Notes: a model not told the origin generated them from the letters alone. A DNA stretch of 64,000 bases from Octopus sinensis (GCF_006345805.1 NC_042999.1:135532001-135596000), one strand, 5' to 3'; shown: positions 29,342-42,949, numbered from the stretch's first letter. A program made the numbers and translations.

Positions 29342-30511
29342 CAGAGTGGTGCAAAAGTAGGCTAACAGTTGTATATCTTTTATTTTTACAAGACAGTGAA
29401 GTATAATGGCGGGCAAGCTGACAGACAAAGAAAGAAAGTAGATCCTAAAGAATTACTGGAAATTTGAAAATGCGGAAACAGTGCGCCAGAAGTGGACAGA
29501 AACCTGTGCCGTCTTCACGACAGGCGATTTACAAAATAGAGACAAATTCGAAGAAACAGATTCAGTAAAGAACGCCACAAAATCCGGATGTCCTCGAATT
29601 GTTGCCATTAAGAAAAACTCAATGCAGGTAGCATTGACTTTTGTGAATAACCCTAAGAAGCCTACCAGACGAGCACCGGTTAAGTTGGGCATCTCACGAA
29701 GGTCCCTCATACCGACCTAGATTTTCTGCAACACCTAACACAGGATGATCCAGATCGTCGTGTGGAGTTCGCAGAAGTCATGCTGAATGCGATTTGTGAA
29801 AACTCGCAATTCGTTGACAAGATTGTTTCGTCGGATGTGGCCTGTTTCAAGTTATCAGGTCGAGTCAACCGACATAACTGTGTTTACTAGTATGACAAAA
29901 ACCCTCACCTAACACTAACAACTGTGATGAATCAGCCACGTGTCACTGTTTGGGTATGTCTGTCGTGTTCAAGAGTCCTTGGGCCTGTCATTTTTGAGGA
30001 CACACTTAATGGTGACAACTACCTTGAAATTTTGCGCAAGGAGTTGGTGCCCGCAATGCAGGCTATGCCGAACTTTGGTGACGTGTTATTCCAACAGGAT
30101 GGGGCGCCACCGCATTATACAATTCATGTGCATAATTTTCTCAGTGAAACACTCCTAGGGAGCTGGATTGGGTGACGTGGGAGTACTATATGGCTGCTCC
30201 ATTCCCCAGATCTAATGCCGATGGCTTATTTTTTGCTGGGGTATTGTGAAAGAGTAGGTATTGCGGAGAAAATCAAGCAATCTGCTTTAACTACGTGGGT
30301 TCATTACAGACGCCTGTCTGGAAATCAACACTGATCCGGACCTGTGTCGTGTGTGTCGCAGTGTGGCTGATAGACTCCAAGAATGTGTCAATGTTCAAGA
30401 CGGACATTTTGAGCATTTACGGGACTAACATTATACAACGTTTTTTTTTTTTTAAATGAAAGAATAAAATATACAACTGTACAATTGTAAGCCTACTTTT
30501 GCACCACCCTG
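29342..30511 (+). mobile_element. Near full-length Tc1/mariner element of DD41D (rosa/Visitor) type, pseudogenised
   Basis: TIRs CAGAGTGGTGCAAAAGTAGGCT, TA flanks. Motifs SDVACFKLSGRVNRHNC, FQQDGAPPHY, SPDLMPM(A); 41 codons separate the second D from the third-D position. Confidence 0.9.
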
Positions 30512-30903
30512 TACATGATTCTTTAGTAAAACAAAGAGAAACTTTAAACCACAACGTAAAAATATTAAAACCCGCACGATCCTGACTTTAGATGGGAACT
30601 TCCATAAAAACAGCAATAATATTAGTAGGCTTTGTCTTAGATGGTTCTATATTAGAACTATTCATATTAAGGGCAGTGGGTTGACAATCGTTAGCGCGTC
30701 AGACAAAATATTTTGCGGTAATTATTTTCGTCACTTTATAAAGAGTGGCAGATTAGTAGAATCGTTAAAGCATCGGCCAAAACGCATTGTGGTATTTTGT
30801 TATAGCTTTTAATGCTCTGAGTTCAACTCTTGCCTGCGTTAACTCTGCCTTTCCTCCTCCAGAGGTTGGTAAATTCAATACTGTTGCCGATATAATCGAT
30901 TAT

Positions 30904-32200
30904 ACTGGGGTTCCCAACCCTTTGTTGCATTATCGTCCATTTTTCGACGCCCACCTGTATAGTAAATATTCACAAGCGTACCAAAAATGTTTCGTAAATG
31001 TTTATAACTGATTCGTAAACTGACATTTTAGGATACAGTAAAGAAAAAAAATACCAAAGGGCGGTAACAAATAACGCTGATATGTAGGTACTGTTACTAT
31101 CATGTTAAAAAAACAAACGAAAACAAACGTGATCATTTAAAATTGTATTTCATTAAATTAAATTTTAAAGGATGATCAGATTTCATGATAGGTACTTTTG
31201 GACATAATTAAAAGTGTAACCATTACAAAATCTCAATTTATGAACTGGTAACAAACCGTTATGAATTTTCTTTTAAATAAACAAAGTTTTGCATTACAAG
31301 AGACTTTATTGAAAGTAACGTCAAAAGCAGTAACATCAAGTATTTTGGCTCATACATACCATTTTTAAGTGTCATCAATGCGAACCCTGTGTCTGGCGTG
31401 ATGCAGCTAGTGCAGACACATTGAACTTAGAATTATTCATATTTAACCGCAAGTCACCTCGCTTGGTTACATAATATGACGTTATCATCACTGCGATACT
31501 GGTTCCAAGCCAAGTGATTTTTTTCTTTGTGCTGAGGAACAAATGATAGTCAGATAGGGCAAAATCAGGAGAATAGGAAGGCTGATCAGCCACAATTACG
31601 CAAGGCCACAGTCACACGCGGCAACCAAGGACATTGTCCTCATGAAACAAGACCCCTTTCTTCAGTTTTCCTGAGCGTTTGGTGTTGACAGAGATTGTGG
31701 ATTGATGTTTGACGCCGGTGGCATATTTCATCTATACATCGAGAAATTGTGTTATACTTAAGTGGAATTGTCTTGATAATTGCGTCAGGCTTTTTATGCA
31801 TTACAGTTGAGGTCGAAGTAATGTGTAGGATGTACCAGCTTTTCGACAAGTAATGCAATGTTGTCCGTTGCAGTTATCCTGTTACCTTGTTGCTTAGTTG
31901 TTTCCTGAAATTTAGAGATTAACGTTTTCCACTTTTCGAATGCGGCTTTAATTTGTAATAAATATGCCAAAGGTTTTTCCTTCATGCTTAGAATATAAAT
32001 GATACTTTAAGCGTGAATGCTTCATGGTTTCGTTGCTTAAAGTTTTGTTGCACATGTGGCACATACATAATTGACTGCTCTGGAGCGAAGCAACAAACCC
32101 CATAAGATAAATAATCAATACTGTATTGACGACAACTTTTCTTAAATGAAGACATTGCGACGTTTAAAAATTGTGCAATACGCAGAGAAAATAGTAGGAA
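30904..32200 (-). mobile_element. Internally deleted hAT element of Buster/Charlie (ZBED5/SCAND3-like) type
   Basis: Minus strand: RQYSIDYLSYG, IKTIPLKYNTISRCIDEI, and C-terminal TKRGDLRLNM..SRQTQGSH*. TIR-like CTGGGGTTCCCAACC at about 30905. Confidence 0.75.
31475..31690 (-). mobile_element. mariner transposase fragment inside the hAT element
   Basis: QPSYSPDFALSDYHLFLSTKK (cf. HPPYSPDLAPSDYHLF). Confidence 0.75.
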
Positions 32201-32629
32201 CAATAGTTATATTGTTAAACAATGTTATATTGTTAAACGAAGTCCGTTTTCAATAATTCACCAATATAAAAACACAAGAATGTTGCAATCACTTGGCAGT
32301 CAATACAATCCAACAACTTCAAGTGGCTGTCTGTTTATATGAGCATGTGCATTGAGCTGTGAACAGAGCCCTTCTTGGGATTCTCATATTTTGTCTGGCA
32401 TTGTGTCCGCAACTCCTTGTCTACAGCCTGTCAGTTGAGTTCTTAGAAGTTATCTCTTGTGTCAATTTTATGTGTGCTCTCTCAGTGCTGGCGACATTGG
32501 TAAGTATATCCTGACATCACTTAATATTACTGATAAAGCTGTTCTTGCTTTTACCTAATCTGATTTATATCCGAAAAAAATACTATTTTGTCCGAAGAAC
32601 TATTGAAAATACCAAATTTTTCTTTGTCT

Positions 32630-34809
32630 GCACAACTCAACATCTTGTTAAATGCCGACCAAGTAATACCAGAGTGGTTGACAATTGATAGGACAGTGCT
32701 GTGCTTGAAAATCATCGAAAAAGGCAATACGGTAGATAATTACAGGCCGATATCCTGTTTGCCATTTATGTGGAAATTATTGACTGGAATAGTCACAGAG
32801 TCAATGTACGGACATCTGGAAAAAATGGAGTCCTACCACATGAGCAGAAGGGTTGCAAGCGTTACTGCAGAGGTAACAAGGATCAGCTCCTGGTAGACAG
32901 AACTGTACTAAGAAACTGCAAGAGGAGGAAAACTAACTTAGCCATATCATGGATCGATTATCGTAAGGCGTACGATATGATCCCACATTCTTGGTTTATG
33001 GAGTGTATGAACCTATTTGGTATTGCATTGAATGTTGAGCGATTACTTGGAAAAAGTATGGCGAAGTGGAGGACGGAACTGACAGCATATGGAAGAAGCT
33101 TAGGGACAATAGAAATCAGGAGAGGCATCTTCCAAGGGGACTGCATATCTCCACTATCTTTGTACTGTGCATGATACCGCTAACACTGATTCTGAGGAAA
33201 GCAAAGGCTGGGTATGAATTCAAGTGCCGCCAACAAAAAGTCAACCAATTGTTATTTATGCATGACCTCAAACTTTATGGTGAAGATGAAGCCCAAGTCA
33301 GTTCCCTCATTGATACGGTGCTTACTTTAACTGCTGAAACCAGAATGGAGTTTGGACTGGGAAAGTATGGTATGTTAGTCTTGAAGAGAGGCAAAATCAA
33401 ATGTATGGACGGGCTAGCGATACCGCCGGGGGTAGGTTATGAAGCAGATAGATAGAGTACTCGGGGATTTTGGAAATGGATAAGTTGATGGAGAAAGAAA
33501 TGATAGAAAAATTTAAGGTGGAGTACTTGCGCAGGCTGAGATTGATACTTAAGTCGAAATTAAACGAACGGAATAAGAGATTGAAGCTATCAACACCTGG
33601 GTGGTTTCACTCCTTAGATATGGAGCAGGGGTAATCGCATGGACAGTAGACAAACTAAAGAGCTTAGATAGAAAGACAAGTTGCTGACTAGATATGGGAT
33701 ACTCTCCACAAAACGTTACAGAGACAGACTGTATGTACCAAGAAAAATAGGGTGAAGAGGACTGATTGGATGCGAACGCAGCATTAGAGCAGAAGAAAAC
33801 AACATAGCATGGTATGTAAAAATGCCACAGAATCACTATTATTGGAAGTAAGAAGGTCAGGCTTGTGTAGGATGGAAGATTGCAAAGATAAAGCACTGTA
33901 CAAGCACTTGAGAATGAGTGAAACTGAAGATAGGTGGATAAAGAAAAGAATGCATGGACAAATTCAAAGAGATGTTGAAGATAAGACAGGCAGAGAAAAA
34001 TGTTGGCTATGGATGACTAAAATGGTTATGGATGACTAAAATGGCTATGGATGACTAAAACCGGGAACAGAGACTCTAATTTGTGTTGCCCAAGAGCAAG
34101 CATTAAGAACCAATTACCTCAAATACAGAATAGACAACATATCAGAAAGTGATAAGTGCAGAGTTTGTGGACAAAATGGTGAAGCCGTATGGCATATTAC
34201 CAGTCAATGTATGCCACTAGCCCAGAAAGAATATAAGAGACGTCATCAAAATATAGCAAGGATTGTCCATTGGATACTTTGCAACAAGTATGGATCTAAC
34301 AGAGCTAAAAAGTGGTACGAACATAAACCCGAAGGCATCATCGAAAACGATAATACAAAGATCCTATAGGATTTTAAGATTCAGTGCGACCATGAGATAG
34401 ATAATAGGAAACCGGACATAGTGTTAATTGAGAAAGAAAGCAAACGATGTTGGATCATAGATATAGCATGCCAATGTATGCGATAAGGAAGAAAGAAAAG
34501 TCGATAGATATAACAGGTTAGCTTGGGAGGTTAAGCAGTTGTGGTCGCTGAAAAAGGTGGTAGTAATACCAATAATTGTCGGAGCCCTGGGAAGAGTGAT
34601 TAAAAATCCTGAGAAGTACATTGAACAAATAGGGGCTGCAATAAGGGTGGAGCACATGCAGAAAGCAGCACTGCTTGGAACCGCTGGAATACTCCGGATG
34701 GTGCTCGAAAAATAAGGGGTGTTACCTTAATTCACTGGTAGTGAACAGCTGGCACCTTAGTACATTTTCAGCGTTAGAAGGTGTGCAAAGACAATAAAAT
34801 AATAATAAT
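32630..34809 (+). mobile_element. 5'-truncated R4/Dong-like non-LTR retrotransposon (RT, CCHC, restriction-like endonuclease), frameshifted
   Basis: [89 protein letters not shown]; ends in (AAT)n. Confidence 0.92.
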
Positions 34810-35441
34810 TTCAATGTTTGTCTCAATACAAGAAATAATTATTTCATTCGCAAAGAGCTCATACACATTGTAACTTCTCCAAGTTCATTTATGATTTCCA
34901 AAAGTTTATCATTCGTTTATCTTATTTATTCGAAGAAAGTGCGGACATGGCTGTGCGCTTTGTAAACACGTTGTTTCAGATTCAATCCCATGCGTAGCAC
35001 TACGAGCAAGTGTCTTCTACTTTAGTCTCGAGCTAACCAATGCCATGTGAATGAATTTGCTAGATGAAAACTGTATATCTACAAGGTGTTAAGACCAAAT
35101 TTGATGACTTTTTATGTCTCCTCTCAGGAATAGCTTTATGTATTGGCGAACAGTCAACGGCGCTGGGGAACATAAAGATTAAAGTTGTAGTTTAGAAAAA
35201 CGGAAGACTGGAACCCATCTGAATATTGAAAAGAATTTACCTGTATCATGATGGATCGCGCTGTATCATGATGATACGTATCAAAATGCGGACATTATGA
35301 CTGCTGCTCAATGCTCTGTGGACACTTTAAAGGCTGTAAGACGTGATATAAACAGCTGCAACGGCGTCTACGAAACCTTGACCAGCAAGAAAGGACACTA
35401 CTGGCTTTCCGACTGCGTTCATACGCCGGTATTAATCTCAA

Positions 35442-35670
35442 GGCGGCGAGCTGGCAGACACGTTAGCGCGCCGGGCGAAATTCTTAGCGGTATTTCGTCT
35501 GTCGTTACGTTCTGAGTTCAAATTCCGCCGAGGTCGACTTTGCCTTTCATCCTTTCGGGGTCGATAAATAAAGTACCAGTTACGCACTTGGGTCGATGTA
35601 ATCGACTTAATACCTGTCTGTCATTGTTTGTCCCCTCTATGTTTAGCCCCTTGTGGGTGATAAAGAAATA
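35442..35670 (+). mobile_element. SINE family B
   Basis: Head GGCGGCGAGCTGGCAGA; perfect 14-bp TSD GGTATTAATCTCAA. Confidence 0.92.
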
Positions 35671-35689
35671 GGTATTAATCTCAACATTT

Positions 35690-35965
35690 TAAAACCGAGC
35701 CTCAGGCACAATTCATACGGCTATGTAAAGCTGCTGGAGACTGGTCAAAACCTGGCCCGTGAGAGTTGCTGCTGGAAAGCTATATGTGTACCAACAGTAT
35801 TCGGCTCGTTACCGTACCGGAGGAAAGAATCAAAAGTAATTGTTGGAGAATTTCTACGACTTCACCAGCCCCAATTTCTAGCTTCCTAATTATCCTCGAT
35901 TGTAAATCCCATCGATCACAATGTATGGGTCGTGATTAAGAAAGACACCAACCGCTCTGCCGTTG
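35690..35965 (+). mobile_element. maT (DD37D)-like transposase fragment
   Basis: GKLYVYQQYSARYRTGGKNQK*LLENFYDFTSPNF matches YVWQQDSAPCHTS..QKWLxENFYDF. Confidence 0.6.
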
Positions 35966-36144
35966 ACTGTTCATCAATACATCAGTCTCTTCTTGAAAAA
36001 AGGAGACATAAAAAGTCGTCAAATTTAGCCCGAAGAACGTAATAGAAAGTGTGACACAATATGCACTTCATCATAGGATCGCAAGAGAACAAGTATTCTA
36101 ACACTGCAAAATATTACTTATTCTCGGCATAAACAACAAGTCAT

Positions 36145-36218
<74 letters not shown>
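36145..36218. repeat. (GTA)n microsatellite
   Basis: Directly visible. Confidence 0.98.
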
Positions 36219-38504
36219 TATATATATATTTCAATTACCTATTAAGTCTTTCCTGACAAAATTTATTATCTTTTTTGCTTAAGAAATCAATGTGTTATAG
36301 AAAGTATTTGAAGTTTATCCTTTTGAAATTTCCAGATTTGTTGTTCTTATGAAAAGCATATTACATTAAAAAAAGTGATATTGAAACAAGAAATTTACGT
36401 TATGCAAGATTATGCAAGATTCGGTGTTACGTCAATATGGAATACCAACATTCTAAACTTTTCGGACCTGCCCCCTTTGACTTTCGATTTCTGCAACATG
36501 AAGCCGATAAAATATAAATTTCCTCTTGAAAAGACACTTGTCAACCAGTAACTAGCCAACAAACCCTCAACAATTCTTCTATACACCTGCTGTTTGCGAT
36601 GGTTAACTATAAATCTCGCTCATTACGGCTCGATTGATTGGGCCACTGGAAATTAGATGTTTTAGCTTGGGCATACTCAGGACCAGTGAATCCTAACAAT
36701 CATCAATCTCTCGTCTAATCAAGCATCATGATAAAGGAGAACCCTTTACCTGTCGCACGACCGTCTAGAAATTGCAGCCAAATCTCACTCAAATTACACC
36801 TTGCTGTTTTATATGAGGAAAGGATACACAAGATGATATAGTCCTAGATACACAGTCTGAAAAAATAAAGGAAGGGATGGTCACATCTGGAATTCGTTTG
36901 ATTATAAGTCTACTTGATTGTGGTTGACTTTGAGTTTAACAACATTTTTTGAGTGAGGATGTAATTGGTTTCATCAAATACTGTACTTGAGTGATGTTTC
37001 AGCCATTAAATGATGTAACTAAATATCGCTAGACATTTCGGTCGGTACACCGCACTCTACCTATCTAATATCCTTCTAACAGTAAATAATAATGGTTTAC
37101 TGCATTTATACAATTTTGAGAAAAAGGGTGTAGGTGATTTGATCAGTTTTCTTCCGTAGATGACTGGTACTCAAAATACAAATGAATGTGACTAAATACT
37201 TCTGCAAGACTTTCCCCTCGCATTACCGATTCCGCCAACCCGCTGCTCCCTTTTCAATTAAGAATAAATAACGTATATAAAAAAATATTCAGTTTAATCA
37301 TAGTATATTAAAACATTATATTTAAGACACGTGTTAGTCTAAGTATTGTGCAGAGTTATCATTCGCAATGATATATGTTAGGGTGTGCTTTTCTTTGTAA
37401 AAAGTTCGATTTTCTACGGAATATGACACTTAGTTCGACCTCAGGGAATTCATGTATGTGCGGGGTAAATAGCAAAATAAAATATTTTCGTTATATTTTC
37501 CATAGTGACCTCTATTGCCATCAATATATCATTTAAAGAATTTCCCATGCCTCTTTAAAGAAACTGTCGCCTTTTGAAAAGATTTCCCAAGATGTTTAAA
37601 AAAAAACATCATATTTCCACTTATCAGATGTCTCTTGATAAAATGCTACTTATGGGACTTTGGGGGAATAGAAATAAGAAAACGCCCACTTCCCAGCTTC
37701 TGCTACTACAAGCTCCAGAAACGTTGGTAATAGAGTAAATTCCGAGAGCTAACTCAGGGATAGTGTGGGAAACGGTTTGAGACAGAAGTTTTAACAACGC
37801 AACTGATAAGGGTACATTGCTGCAGATGTTATTGCTAATTTCTGTCTAGAATGCGTCATCGATCAGAGTTTGTTTTTTTTCGCTTTGTTTTTCTTTTGAC
37901 AATCATCACTGGGTGGAGCTATTAAGTAATGAGAAAAATGAAATTGTTGGTAACTGAAACTCTCATTGAAAATAAAGAAAACGAGTGAAAGAATGAGCCA
38001 AACAGTGAGTAGTGAACGTATAATGGGAGGGGCAGAATGGACAACGATCTTTCTTGATAAGGTTGTTTGAAACAGAATCTGCTGTAGACGTGTGTAGCGC
38101 TTGAATGTTTATGATGTTAATAGCACATGTTCTCTTGCTCACGTTACTCATACCGACACAATATCATTTTTGAAATTATATTTCATGAATGAATTTTGTA
38201 GCACATTAAAAAATAACAAATAAAAAAATGAGAGTTGATTGAAATCAAACAATATAAAGAGAGAGAAAACAGTAGCAGATGTAGACGTTGGCTAATTTGG
38301 TTACTTAATATAAAGTTGGTTCTGGTTGTTTACTTCAAATTTAGTCCTGATCGCACACACTCATGCTCAAAAGCATTTCAGCTAAGATCATCCTTCCCTT
38401 TTTATGACGGGTTTAGGGAGATTTTGGTAGTTATTGCTAGCAGAGCCAAGCAATATAATGGACGGATTCTCGTTGGCTCATAATGGAGAGAGTTTATCTT
38501 TTAT

Positions 38505-38690
38505 CTTTTAGTTGTTTCAATCATTGGACTGCGGCCACGCTGGGGGTACTGCCTTGAAGGGTTTACTCGTACAAATCGACCCTAGTGTTTGGTACATATT
38601 CTATTGGCCTACTTTGCCGAACTGCTAAATTACGGGGACGTAAACAAACCAACACCGGTTGTTAAGCAATGGTGATGGACAAACACAATT
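38505..38690 (-). mobile_element. SINE family A 3' half
   Basis: Reverse complement of the tail and body of the 22148 copy. Confidence 0.8.
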
Positions 38691-38857
38691 ACAGAGATAC
38701 ACATACTTACATACACACGCACACGCGCACATACTAGATGTTCGGGATAAATTTGACAGTTTGGATAAAAGGAAAAGAAAATACAATATCCCGTTGAAAA
38801 ATAAAACTATTTTTAGAAAATCAAAAATATCAACTAGATAAAGATCAAAAAGGGGTC

Positions 38858-38990
38858 CGAAGATCTTTCCAGGAGCACAGTGAGGAACGCATGCACAGGT
38901 TCCGAAGCCGTCTTGATGCCGTGCTGGAAGCTGAGGTCGACTACTATGAGTAAACTGTTCTCTCCCAGTCATAATCTTGTTGATATTTTT
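38858..38990 (+). mobile_element. maT-like transposase C-terminal fragment
   Basis: EDLSRSTVRNACTGSEAV.. with a frameshift gives RFRSRLDAVLEAEVDYYE*. Confidence 0.55.
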
Positions 38991-39039
38991 AAAAAAAATT
39001 AATACTTTTATTTTTCGATGGATATTCTTTTACACTTTT

Positions 39040-39490
39040 TACTCTTTTACTTGTTTCAGTCATTTCTCCGCGGCCAGACTGGAGCACTGCCTCGAAAGGT
39101 TTTACTCGAACAAATCGGACCCAGGAGTTATTCTTTTAAGCCTACTACTCATTCTATCGGATCTTTTGCCGAATCACTAATTTATGAGGACATAAACACA
39201 TCAACACCGGTTGTCAAGCGGCGATGGGGGGGGGGCAAGTACAAACACAAAGACACACACTCACACACACATACAAACATACATACATACATACATACAC
39301 ACACACACATACACACATATATACATACATATATACAGAGATATACATACATACATACGTACATGCATACAAACATACATACATACATACATACATACAT
39401 ACATACATACATACATCCATACATACATACATCCATACATACATACATACATACATACATACATACATACATACATACATACATACATAC
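39040..39490 (-). mobile_element. SINE family A 3' half with (TACA)n
   Basis: Same tail and body in reverse. Confidence 0.8.
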
Positions 39491-39829
39491 TGTCAATACC
39501 TCAAATGTAAAATTCTTACCTGAAGACGGAGGCTGGTATTATCTGATGATAAAATCAATATCCAATCATTATTTTGGACTACCAAGCCCTCAGAAACAGC
39601 TGTTTTCCCTGATACCATATCTATTTCGTATAAGTCATAACTTTTTATATGTAAACATATATACATTTTTTTGTATTAAACGTATTTTATATATATTGAC
39701 TTGCCTGATTTGCTTATCCTTACATTTACTCCTCTACCTGCTCAAGTTTGGATTTCTTGAGCACTATGAAGTGCATTCTCTCGTCTATAAACCATTTATA
39801 TATATAATACAAAGCATGACATAACAAAC

Positions 39830-42720
39830 AGGTGACGTAACAAATCTTACGGCCGTTTCCGCATCTGTTGCCAAACGCTGTCTATAAATAATTGCGAAAA
39901 TAAAATTCTTCATTTTCATAGAATTAAGGCATGGAGCTTCATCATAATAAAAAACGAGAGCATCCAATATAAACAAAGATGGAATAGGAAAGAAAACACG
40001 GCCTAGAAAAGATGTCTAGAAGCCCAATATGTTAAAAGCATATAATCTACCATCTAGGTGCTACGAGGTCCAAAGGTAAAAGTGTGAGCTAGTAATGGTC
40101 TAGGGAATACTACAATTTATTTACGAGTAGTTTCAATTTTAAAATTTAAGAAAAGAAGTTATCAAAAAATATATATAAGGAAACTTACTAACATGATTAT
40201 CAAAGGGCAGTACCTATGCTTACGAAGTAAACTCAAGTAAATGTATCCAAAAGAAAGTTTACTCACAGAAATATTACCGAGAATCCCACCTATTGTCCAC
40301 AATAAGGTAAGTCTGAGTCCAGCGGTCTGTACAATTGGTCAGTTACAATTTGAACCGAGGTCACAAGTTAAAACCGTTACAATAGATATGTCAGTAAAAA
40401 TAAACAAGATAAAGGGTCCGGGTGGGATACAATGATATAAGTGGTGCTTGGCCGTTTATGTCCTTACACAGCTTAACGTATATAACATGCATGCGGGAAC
40501 GGTCAGGGAATAAGTAACCTCGGGTAATAGTTGAGGGGAGGCGACTAGTACAGGTAATTCAGCGATTCATCAAAGTTACTAGGAAATGAATTTGGACTTA
40601 ACCTCATATATAGCGAATTGTGGTAATAATTAGATATATTCAGGTACGCAAGAAAAATCCATGTTATGGGTACACTACAATGCACAAATAAAAAGCCACT
40701 TACAATTAGGCGGTTAATATTTAAGACCAAATCACTTGTTAATTATTATCAATGAATAAGACTCAAAAGTTTCCACAGTATACTAAATATGCTTAATAAG
40801 CATTACATAATCATGAAAGTTATATAGTTCCTATCATTATATAAACAGTTTAAAAGAATATATTGGCACTATATGGGTACAGTTAATACCGGGTCTACTG
40901 GCAAATTAGTACTATAAGTAAAGTTTCCTTAATTCAAACAATTTACTAAACATACTTAAAAAGCAATAATACCCTAAGATTAGAATGAAATACTAATTAA
41001 ATTTAATAATTAAAAATTATAAACTTAAGGTGTATTACTCATAGTGGGTGTAAAAAATACTATTACAATCAACAGGCTGTGCTTATATTACATTACCCTA
41101 AAACTAGACTGTTCCTATCAATAAATCTAATACTTTAAAAATTATAATCTATTAATATATTAACTTTAAGATGGTGCAGACATACAATTACAATCAACAG
41201 GCTACACTTACAGTTCTACACAGTACATCCAATTTTTTTCAAATATCTCCTGGTAAGCCCAACTAACATAGTACCAAAAAACAAGCAGACAAATACAATG
41301 TATGGTGGGAGAGGGTGGACATAGGGTGCAATAAAATAAAAAAAAACTTATAATAAAATAGAAATAAAATGAAATACGATGATTAAGTCAAACATGGGGA
41401 TAATATTGTTCCCAAATATATAGGGCTATTAATGCCCATTCAAAGTAGGGGAAGGGTAGTGAGTGGAGGAAAGAGCAATAAGTTAGTAGCGAGATAAATC
41501 CAAATTCCAGCAAGTGTCGACTAATACATCCAATGGTATAAAAAAGGTGCTAGAGGGTAAAGAAAGCAAACAATATAGGTAAAGCTAAAATTGAAATTTA
41601 AGTAAAATATAGGATTTGAAGTAGTTATCTTTATAAATAAAAGTGAGGTTGTGTGCTGTCTGTCTCCTACGATTTATATTCCTAACTACTCCCACATTTT
41701 GCGGTGCAGTTTAACCAAAAGCGGGTATCTTATAGTCGTGATTCATATCGAGCCCTTCTGGGTATTAGCGCGCGTCTACGATGAGTCTACGATTTAAAAA
41801 AAAATTTACCATCAATTTTTCCCATTTTTAATGCATTTTTGGCATATATAAGGGAAGTAACTCTCTAAAAATTTTTATTAAATCTCAGAACGTAAAAAGC
41901 TACAGTAACAACCCCCCCTCTTTGTGGCTAGCCATATTGAGATGGCTATTATACTTTACATCTCTAAAAATGCTTATATAGTTATTTCCCTTACAAACCC
42001 GAGCAACGCCGGGCGATACTGCTAGTTAGGAGTAAAAGACTATGTGGTAGAAAACCTTTGCGTTCGTGGATAAGTTATGATAGAAATAACAGGCATTAAT
42101 ACAAGGGGTTAGGTGATAACATGGGGGAAAAGCAAATTGGTATAAGAAGTAGGTAGTTGATTTGGGTGGTGGTGGGGGTAACATCTAAACTTTGGAATAG
42201 GGTAAGAGGAGGGGTTGATTATTTGAATATCTACAAGAGCCTCGGTAATTTCTAACAAGACAAACTATAATTAAGGAATGAGATGTATAACCTACGTTTT
42301 ACTATCAGGGGCTACTATTTTATATGCTGTGGGGTTATTTGTACGATTATGAGGTATTATAAGTGTTTCTAATGCTATTAATATTTATTGAAAGTAGACC
42401 TCCCTATGTGCAGGCAAGCTACATTTCATTCACCTCTCAGGTTCACTAATGGATTACGTGCTGTTACAATGAAAAAAGTTCATTAATGCAAAGATAACAT
42501 TTCCTATTTTTCCATTATACGAAGGTACAGTAGCGAGGATCTCCCATTTTAATGTGAAGCTAGAGCTATCTTTGAGCTCTCAAATATACCTACTTAAACC
42601 TCTCGAATTAATTCTGTTTCTATTTCTAAAAGAATGCTGATGCGTGGCTAGTCTTCGTTTTATTTCATTTTGGGTTGCTCCAATGTAACTCATTTTGTTT
42701 GACTGTGTTGTGACTGTACA
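39830..42720 (-). mobile_element. Penelope-like element 3' part: GIY-YIG endonuclease C-terminus (42390-42720) and a long non-coding 3' region
   Basis: Minus strand: MSYIGATQNEIKRRLATHQHSFRNRNRINSRGLSRYI*ELKDSSSFTLKWEIL..KCYLCINE. The extent of the non-coding part is inferred. Confidence 0.75.
41628..42025 (+). mobile_element. Non-autonomous Helitron
   Basis: A|TCTTTATAAATAAAAGTGAGG ... CCCGAGCAACGCCGGG-CGATACTG-CTAG|T. Confidence 0.85.
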
Positions 42721-42728
42721 TACATACA

Positions 42729-42815
<87 letters not shown>

Positions 42816-42840
42816 ATATATATTATATATATATATATAT

Positions 42841-42891
<51 letters not shown>

Positions 42892-42949
42892 TATATCTAC
42901 ATATATATATACATATACATAGATGCATTTATATATATGTGTGTGTGTG

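Noticed and set aside
37600-37830. About 65-codon open frame on the minus strand in unique-looking sequence
   Set aside because: No recognisable domain, start codon or donor site.
40241-40435. KINKIKGPGGIQ resembling a LINE 'KSPGPDG' motif
   Set aside because: Downstream RT motifs could not be recovered.
40000-41620. Possible mitochondrial insertion (NUMT), suggested by AT richness and strand bias
   Set aside because: No recognisable mitochondrial protein, rRNA or tRNA motif in the frames I translated; adjacency to a Penelope GIY-YIG domain explains it better.
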